Shown here one piece after another: positions 57,214 to 64,000 of a DNA stretch of 64,000 bases. The translations under genes and the position numbers were made by a program. How positions within the stretch are numbered: the stretch's first letter is position 1; each line of letters opens with the position of its first letter. The notes under the pieces were generated by a model. That model made no database searches. It saw only the letters and a program-made list of their open reading frames with translations, and had not been told where the DNA came from. The stretch is from NCBI GenBank assembly GCA_965199495.1, contig CBDASK010000003.1, forward strand, positions 4,608,001-4,672,000, written 5' to 3'. The stretch comes from Abditibacterium sp. (GTDB lineage: Bacteria > Armatimonadota > Abditibacteriia > Abditibacteriales > Abditibacteriaceae).

Positions 57214-57369
57214 GACAATTTTATAACTCTCTACCATTCTCCTCGATAAAATTAAAGGAGAATTTCTCAACTATACCACACCCCGATGACAATGACAAAC
57301 CCGCGAATGTTAGAACCAAAATTGCCAAACCTCGAAATCTGGCCATTCAATCTTCTTCTATGCCAAAAA

Positions 57370-57402
57370 GAAACGACCGCTCCAAATCAGAGCGGTCGTT
57401 TT
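57370..57402 (-). terminator. Terminator after glnA
   Basis: GAAACGACCGCTC-caaatca-GAGCGGTCGTTTT. Confidence 0.75.
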
Positions 57403-57417
57403 CGATTTCATCTCAAC

Positions 57418-58875
57418 TTAAACGTCGAAGTAGAGTTGGAACTCATACGGATGCGGGCGCAGACGAAGCGCATCCACGTCGCCGCGTTTGAGGCCGACAT
57501 ACATTTCGATCAAATCGTCGGTGAAAACGCCACCTTCTTTCAAGAAGTCGCTGTCGGCTTCGAGCGCGTCCAAAACGGCTTCCAACGAACCGGGCACGGT
57601 GGGAATGCCTTCTTTTTCCTCTGGCTCCAGTTCATACAAATCTTTGTCGAACGGATCGCCCGGCTCGATTTTGTTTTTGATGCCATCCAATCCTGCCATC
57701 AACTGCGCGGTCAAAGCGAGATAGATGTTGCCGGTCACGTCAGGCGTGCGGAACTCGATGCGCTTGGCTTTGGGCGACTTGCTATAAAGCGGAATGCGCA
57801 CCGCAGCCGAACGATTGCGCTGACTATAAAGCAAGTAAATCGGCGCTTCGTAACCCGGAACCAAACGATGATACGAGTTGGTCGAAGCGTTGGTGAACGC
57901 CAAAATCGCGGGCGCGTGCTTCAAGATACCGCCGATATACCAACGCGCGGTGTCGGAGAGTTGGGCGTAGCCGTTCTCGTCGAACATCAGCGTGTTGCCG
58001 TCTTTCCACAGCGATTGGTGGCAGTGCATGCCGGTTCCGTTGTCACCAAAAATCGGCTTGGGCATGAACGTGGCTGTCAATCCGTGCTTGGCGGCGACGT
58101 TTTTCACGATGTATTTGTGCAGCATCATGCGGTCGCACATTTCGGTGAACTCGCAAAACGAAATGCCAATTTCGCACTGGCCGCCCGTCGCGACTTCGTG
58201 GTGATGCAAATCCACGTCAATGCCCGCGCCAATCAGATGACGCACCATGTCGTTGCGCACTTCGACCAATGAATCAACGGGCGGCGGCGGCACGTAACCG
58301 CCTTTATTGCGCGGACGACGGCCCGAATTCCATTCGCCGGTCATCTCGTCGAAAACGGGGCCTTCGTTGTGCCAGTCGCCTTCGAGGCTGTCCACTTTGT
58401 AGTGCGAGTAATGTCCATCAATACCGCCCGCCGCGCGCTGGCCGCCATACGAAACGCCGTTGAACAGGAAAAACTCGGCTTCCGGCCCGAAAAACGCGGT
58501 ATCGGCGATGCCGGTTGACTTCATATACTCGACGGCTTTTTGCACGATGTAACGCGGGTCGCGCGAATAAGATTCGCCGGTAATCGGATCCAAAATGTTG
58601 GCGAAAACCGACAAGGTCGGCGTATCGTAAACCGGGTCAATGATGGCGGTCGAAACGTCGGGCTTGAGCAACATATCCGACTTATCAATGGTTTGGAAGC
58701 CGCGAATGGACGAACCGTCAAAACCGACGCCGTCGTTGAAGAAATCTTCGTTGAGCGCGCTTTCGACCGGAAAAGTCAAATGGTGCATTTCGCCGAGCAA
58801 ACCGACGAATTTGAGGTTGATGAACTCGACGCCCGCGTCCTGAGCCATTTCGATGACTGATTGAATATCTGACAT
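57418..58875 (-). CDS. glnA: Glutamine synthetase type I
   Basis: FDGSSIRGF, HHHEVATGGQCE, FMPKP, DNGTGMHCHQS, RNRSAAVRIP, DLYEL adenylylation Tyr. Confidence 0.98.
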   Translation of the reverse strand: MSDIQSVIEMAQDAGVEFINLKFVGLLGEMHHLTFPVESALNEDFFNDGVGFDGSSIRGFQTIDKSDMLLKPDVSTAIIDPVYDTPTLSVFANILDPITGESYSRDPRYIVQKAVEYMKSTGIADTAFFGPEAEFFLFNGVSYGGQRAAGGIDGHYSHYKVDSLEGDWHNEGPVFDEMTGEWNSGRRPRNKGGYVPPPPVDSLVEVRNDMVRHLIGAGIDVDLHHHEVATGGQCEIGISFCEFTEMCDRMMLHKYIVKNVAAKHGLTATFMPKPIFGDNGTGMHCHQSLWKDGNTLMFDENGYAQLSDTARWYIGGILKHAPAILAFTNASTNSYHRLVPGYEAPIYLLYSQRNRSAAVRIPLYSKSPKAKRIEFRTPDVTGNIYLALTAQLMAGLDGIKNKIEPGDPFDKDLYELEPEEKEGIPTVPGSLEAVLDALEADSDFLKEGGVFTDDLIEMYVGLKRGDVDALRLRPHPYEFQLYFDV

Positions 58876-59085
58876 AATTTTTTGGTGGCGCACTATTTTT
58901 TGGGTTACTTCCACACATTTTTGCGCCTTGCGCCTTGAAAGTTACCACGATTGAGCCGCGCACGGAAGGGCAAATCCTTTTCCATCGAGAAGTTAAACCA
59001 AATCTCATATGGATGTGGCTGCTACCGAGTTAGGTTGCGCAAAGCGCAATTTACCGCACACGGCTAATTGGATACAACTCGCCAA

Positions 59086-59120
59086 AAACGGCGCGCTCAA
59101 GAAGGAGAAGCGCGCCGTTT
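59086..59120 (-). terminator. Terminator after the GSII gene
   Basis: AAACGGCGCGCT-loop-AGCGCGCCGTTT with a T-run on the minus strand. Confidence 0.7.
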
Positions 59121-59135
59121 GGCTGGTTTATCAAA

Positions 59136-60155
59136 TTATGGCGTTGGAACCGATTCGATGGTTTTCAAAATTCGCGAAGCGATCTGGTAGGGGTCGCCTT
59201 CCGAGTTGGGGCGGCGATCTTCCAAATAGCCTTTGTAATCGTTTTCGATGAACGAATGCGGAATGCGAATCGAGGCGCCGCGATCAGCCACGCCGTAGGA
59301 GAAGGCGTCAATCGGCGCCGTTTCGTGCAAGCCGGTCAGGCGCAGATGGTTGTTCGGGCCATAAACCGCGATGTGTTCCATCTTGTTGCTGTCAAAGGCT
59401 TCCATCAAATTCTCGAAATACTCTTTGCCGCCGACTTCGCGCATATATTCGGTCGAGAAGTTGGCGTGCATACCCGAACCGTTCCAGTCGCCCTTAATCG
59501 GTTTGCACTCGATGACGACATCAACGTGATAACGCTCGCACAAACGGTAGAGAATATAGCGCGCCATCCACAATTCGTCGGCGGCTTTCTTGGAGCCTTT
59601 GCCGAAGATTTGGTATTCCCACTGGCCTTTGGCGACTTCGGCGTTGATGCCCTCGTGATTGATGCCCGCTTCCAAGCACAAATCGAGGTGCGCTTCGACG
59701 ATTTCGCGGGCGACTTCGCCAACGCTACGGTAGCCGATGCCGGTGTAATAGGTACCCTGCGGTTCGGGATAACCCTCGCGCGGAAAGCCCAACGGACGGC
59801 CATCCTTATACAAGAAATATTCTTGCTCGAAACCGAACCACGCTCCGGGATCGTCGTGGATGGTCGCGCGCGAGTTGGAAGGATGCGGCGTGACTTTGTC
59901 GGGCATCATCACTTCGCACATCACCAAGATGCCGTTTTTGCGCGTTGGGTCGGGATACATCGCGACTGGCTTGAGAGCGCAATCCGATGATTTGCCCTCG
60001 GCCTGCTGCGTCGAGGAACCGTCGAAACCCCAGAAGGGCAACTGTTCGAGCGTGGGAAATTCATCGAACTCTTTGATCAAAGTTTTTCCGCGCATGTTGG
60101 GCACGGGCTGATAGCCGTCGAGCCAGATGTATTCGAGTTTGTATTTGGTAGCCAT
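59136..60155 (-). CDS. glnII: Glutamine synthetase type II
   Basis: LEYIWLDG, WGFDGSST, GINAEVAKGQWEYQI, DWNGSGMHANFST, RLTGLHET, YLEDRRP; about 339 aa. Confidence 0.95.
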   Translation of the reverse strand: MATKYKLEYIWLDGYQPVPNMRGKTLIKEFDEFPTLEQLPFWGFDGSSTQQAEGKSSDCALKPVAMYPDPTRKNGILVMCEVMMPDKVTPHPSNSRATIHDDPGAWFGFEQEYFLYKDGRPLGFPREGYPEPQGTYYTGIGYRSVGEVAREIVEAHLDLCLEAGINHEGINAEVAKGQWEYQIFGKGSKKAADELWMARYILYRLCERYHVDVVIECKPIKGDWNGSGMHANFSTEYMREVGGKEYFENLMEAFDSNKMEHIAVYGPNNHLRLTGLHETAPIDAFSYGVADRGASIRIPHSFIENDYKGYLEDRRPNSEGDPYQIASRILKTIESVPTP

Positions 60156-60346
60156 TGGAGATGGGAAATGTCCTCGGAAATGAGGGAGAAATTTTAGCTG
60201 TCCGTGCAATTCAAACAAGGCAAAGACGGCAGAAATCAATTGGGAAATCGGATTAAAAGCGGAAGAATTAAGTATGGCTTTCTATCGTCGCTCTAACGCC
60301 CGCGAACGCCAATTTTCAGCCTTTATCCTTCAGCCTTTATCCTTTT

Positions 60347-60712
<366 letters not shown>

Positions 60713-60986
60713 TTAACGGCGCGCTCAAAGCGCAGGATGGAGGCCAACATCGTTTGCACTCACGATTCGCGGTTTTGGGGCAACCCAAAACCAACTAAAT
60801 ATAATCGCAACGCCCAATAATTTAAACGCCGTATGTTTCGAGTTTATTTCAAAGGAGTAAAAATCGCCGCGCCCCGCATAACGTTAAAAATGATGAGTGA
60901 ATTGAGTTACGCTCCATTAACCAATTTTTCCCAACGGATTTTCGCTGTCAATCCGGGCGCAAACTTGCTCTACGCCTCGCCAACCT

Positions 60987-61853
60987 ATGATTCCCCTTCT
61001 GCCATTTGGCCGCACCAACCACAACAGCACGCGCACGCTTTTCGGCGCAGCCGCGCTGGGCAACGTCACGCAAGACGAAGCCGACGAAACCTTGAAAACG
61101 CTGCTCGATTTCGGCGTCAATCACATTGACACCGCCGCCAGCTACGGCGACGCCGAACTGCGCATCGCGCCGTGGCTGACCCGTCACCGCGACGATTTCT
61201 TTTTGGCCACCAAAACAGAAAAGCGCACTTACGCCGAATCCAAAGCCCAAATTGACGAATCGTTACGGCGCATGAACGTAGATCACGTTGATTTGATGCA
61301 ACTGCACAGTTTGGGCGACGAAAACGATTGGAACAAAGTCTTCGCTGACGATGGTGCCTTCAAAGCCGTCATCGAAGCCAAAGAGTCGGGCAAAACCCGC
61401 TTTGTCGGCATCACCGGACACGGCGTCCATATCGCGCGTTTGCACCTGCGCGCTTTGGAAATTTATCCGTTCGATGCGGTTTTGCTGCCGCTCAATTATT
61501 CGATGTCTTTGAACGAAGAATACATGAACGATTTCGATAAATTGCGCGCCATTTGTCGCGAGCGCGGCATCGCGCTGCAAACGATTAAAGCGGTTTTGCG
61601 CCGTCCGTGGGGCGACGAGGAAAAATTCGCCGCGACGTGGTATCAGCCACTGCGGGAACAAGACGCGATTGATAACGCGGTGAACTGGCTATTCGGTAAT
61701 TATCCCGACGTGTTTCTCAACACCGTCGGCGACGTTCACGTTTTGCCGCGCGTATTGGACGCGGCCTCGCGCTTTGATATAAATAACGTGCCGAGCGATG
61801 AAACAATGGCCGAAATGTATGCCGAGCGTGAAATGGCGCCGTTATTTGTGTAG
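60987..61853 (+). CDS. Aldo/keto reductase
   Basis: GVNHIDTAASYG, FLATKT, VDLMQLH, GITGH. Confidence 0.92.
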   Translation: MIPLLPFGRTNHNSTRTLFGAAALGNVTQDEADETLKTLLDFGVNHIDTAASYGDAELRIAPWLTRHRDDFFLATKTEKRTYAESKAQIDESLRRMNVDHVDLMQLHSLGDENDWNKVFADDGAFKAVIEAKESGKTRFVGITGHGVHIARLHLRALEIYPFDAVLLPLNYSMSLNEEYMNDFDKLRAICRERGIALQTIKAVLRRPWGDEEKFAATWYQPLREQDAIDNAVNWLFGNYPDVFLNTVGDVHVLPRVLDAASRFDINNVPSDETMAEMYAEREMAPLFV

Positions 61854-61861
61854 GTGCAACG

Positions 61862-62899
61862 ATGAAAACTCTTTCTTTCCTGTGCGTTCTCCTCGTCTCG
61901 TTGTCTTTGGTGCCGCAAACGCAGGCAAAACCCGCCGCATCGCGCGTTTTGCAGACGCACGGCGCGACCGTCACGGCGCTGGCTTACGCGCCCAACGGCA
62001 AAACTTTGGCGAGCGCCGACGAAGGCGGGCGCGTAAAATTAACCGATGTTACCACGGGCAAAACCAAGCTGACGTTTCGTTATCGAGAAAAAGTCAGCGC
62101 GTTGGCCTACGCGCCCGATGGGAAAATGTTGGCGGTCGGGCGCGCGAAGGAAATTCGCTTACTCAATCCGCAAACGGCGGCGCCGATTCGCGTTTTGAAG
62201 TTGAATGATCTGGTTGGCGAGTCGCTCGAATTTTCGGCAGATAGTTCCCGAATTATCAGCATTGAAGGACGGTATTTTGATGCTGAACACTTCCATGTCA
62301 AAGTATGGAATCCTCAAACCGGCGCGTTGCTTCGCAATTGGCTCGTCAGCGACGCAACAGCCACGGCGGCGACCATTTCGCCCGACGGCAAAACAGCGGC
62401 GGCGGCGCTAATTAGTAGCGACGCCTTTGGCGGCGGCGTGCGTTTATGGGACATTGCGACGGGCAAAGAAACTGCTACATGGACGGATAATTCCGACAAA
62501 GAAGAAACTCTGGTTTACGCCGTCCAGTTTTCGCCCGATGGCAAACGCATCGCTGGAACAGGCGGTTACTTCGAGAGCGCGGGCCATCTTAGCGTATGGA
62601 ATACCGCCACTGGTGCGCTGCATTTTGGACGCACGTTTAACGATTTCGGCACCGCACTGGCATGGTCGCCCAACAGTTCGCGCCTCGCGGTTGGCACTTC
62701 TTACGATACGACCTACGACGAGCCGAAGAAGTTGCACCAACCGATGGGCGCGCCAATTTTCAACGCAGCCAGCGGGAATTGGCAGCAATCGTTGCAGCGG
62801 ACGCCCCACGCAATCATGGCTCTCTCTTTCGCGCCCGACGGGCAGACAATCGCTATCGGCGCTGGGAAAATTGTTCGTCTATGGCGCGTCAGCAGTTGA
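61862..62899 (+). CDS. Secreted WD40 repeat protein
   Basis: Signal peptide; about seven [YF][AS]PDG...WD/WN blades. Confidence 0.9.
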   Translation: MKTLSFLCVLLVSLSLVPQTQAKPAASRVLQTHGATVTALAYAPNGKTLASADEGGRVKLTDVTTGKTKLTFRYREKVSALAYAPDGKMLAVGRAKEIRLLNPQTAAPIRVLKLNDLVGESLEFSADSSRIISIEGRYFDAEHFHVKVWNPQTGALLRNWLVSDATATAATISPDGKTAAAALISSDAFGGGVRLWDIATGKETATWTDNSDKEETLVYAVQFSPDGKRIAGTGGYFESAGHLSVWNTATGALHFGRTFNDFGTALAWSPNSSRLAVGTSYDTTYDEPKKLHQPMGAPIFNAASGNWQQSLQRTPHAIMALSFAPDGQTIAIGAGKIVRLWRVSS

Positions 62900-62926
62900 A
62901 CATTCGTTTTCTATCAAACTTAACCT

Positions 62927-64000
62927 ATGCTTCGCCCTGCGCCCGATAAACCCAAAAAACCGATTCATCCCCAAACGCTCAAACGCGTGATTACGACGTT
63001 TAGCCACTATCGCCCGCAGATCATCGGCATTTTCGTTTTGGTTTTGGCGAGCGCGGGTTTAGGCATTTTGTCGCCGTTTTTCCTCAAAGCCCTTATCAAT
63101 CAGGGTTTGCTCAAAAGCGATTTCGGCGTTATCAGCTACTACTCGTGGCTGACGCTCGCAGCCACGCTGGGCGCGACGGTGCTGGGATTGGGTTTCGGAT
63201 TTCTGTCGTTGTGGGTCGGCCAGCAAATCATGCGCGATTTGCGCAACCGCTTGAATGAACATTTGCAGGGCATGTCGCTGCGCTTTTTCACCGCGACGCG
63301 CACCGGCGAAATTCAATCGCGTTTGGTTTCCGATGTCGGCGGCGTGCAAAACGTTTTGTCCAACACCGTCTCCGATGTTTTATCCAACGTCGCCATCGTA
63401 ATTTCCACGCTCGTCGCCATGATTTTCATGGATTGGCGCCTAACGTTATTGAGCGTCGGAATGTTGCCGTTGTTCGCCCTACTCGCCGCCAAAGTCGGCG
63501 ATTTCGCGCGCGGATTGCGCAAAACCTCGCAGGAACAGTTGGCCGATCTCAACGCGACGACGCAGGAAACGTTGTCAGTTTCGGGCGTTTTGCTCACCAA
63601 AACCAGCGGGCGCCGCGCGCGCGTTATCGAACATTTTCGCGAGGAAAACGACGCTTTAACTTCAACTGAAATCCGGCTTTCGATGATCATGCGCGTCTTC
63701 TTCAACATGATCGGTTTGACTTTTAGCTTAACGCCGATTTTCGTCTATTGGCTGGCCGGTTATCTCATCATCGGTCTCAAAGACACGCATTTGACGTTGG
63801 GCACAATCGTCGCTTTCACCGCGCTGCAAACGCGCTTGTTTTTTCCGCTCACAAGTTTGCTCAACGTGCAAGTCGAAGTGAATAGCGCGCTCGCGTTGTT
63901 CGACCGCATCTTTGAATATCTCGATTTAAAACAAGATATTACCGATTCGCCCAGCGCGATAACGCTGGCGCCTAATCAAATCGTCGGCGAAGTCAGTTTT
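62927..64000 (+). CDS. ABC exporter (fused permease/ATPase), N-terminal part, truncated by the window edge
   Basis: Hand translation MLRPAPDKPKK...RDLRNRLNEHLQGMSLRFFTATRTGEIQSRLVSDV...DWRLTL...FDRIFEYLD...GEVSF; missing from the ORF track because it has no stop. Confidence 0.92.
   Translation, partial: MLRPAPDKPKKPIHPQTLKRVITTFSHYRPQIIGIFVLVLASAGLGILSPFFLKALINQGLLKSDFGVISYYSWLTLAATLGATVLGLGFGFLSLWVGQQIMRDLRNRLNEHLQGMSLRFFTATRTGEIQSRLVSDVGGVQNVLSNTVSDVLSNVAIVISTLVAMIFMDWRLTLLSVGMLPLFALLAAKVGDFARGLRKTSQEQLADLNATTQETLSVSGVLLTKTSGRRARVIEHFREENDALTSTEIRLSMIMRVFFNMIGLTFSLTPIFVYWLAGYLIIGLKDTHLTLGTIVAFTALQTRLFFPLTSLLNVQVEVNSALALFDRIFEYLDLKQDITDSPSAITLAPNQIVGEVSF

Noticed and set aside
58876..59085. 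Glutamine riboswitch, ANTAR hairpins or sigma54 promoter upstream of glnA
   Set aside because: Only partial resemblances (CAAGGCGCAAGGCGC; GGCGCA/TGCGCC pairing); no full consensus

Overview
A 64 kb bacterial chromosomal window, moderately GC-rich and CG-dinucleotide-rich. Gene content (a DUF1559-type H-X9-DG protein, many secreted WD40/TPR proteins, a PRC-barrel protein) suggests Abditibacteriota/Armatimonadota; this is inference only. Most genes are housekeeping or envelope genes: argG, argF, lepA, murJ, mscS, a femX-like gene, a larE-like gene, iaaA, GH5/GH18 hydrolases, MFS/CDF/ABC transporters and a glnB-glnII-glnA cluster. Main points of interest: (1) a tRNA gene with the rare UAU (Ile) anticodon and a non-canonical core, lying between a FemX-like transferase and a stand-alone LarE-like sulfur transferase; (2) an AvaI/BsoBI-family restriction-modification pair whose predicted site CYCGRG is almost absent from the window; (3) about ten long intergenic palindromes from several REP-like families, two of which share outer termini around different cores; (4) two single-gene inserts bracketed by duplicated host sequence (a tet(X)-like gene between two Uma2 3' ends, and a frameshifted ORF between two copies of the lepA 5' end); (5) a four-gene trans-envelope signalling cluster resembling rhizobial NsrA/CyaK; (6) frequent -10 boxes immediately upstream of start codons, suggesting leaderless mRNAs. 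I saw no CRISPR array, rRNA, integrase or transposase. All calls come from motif recognition by eye, without database searches.
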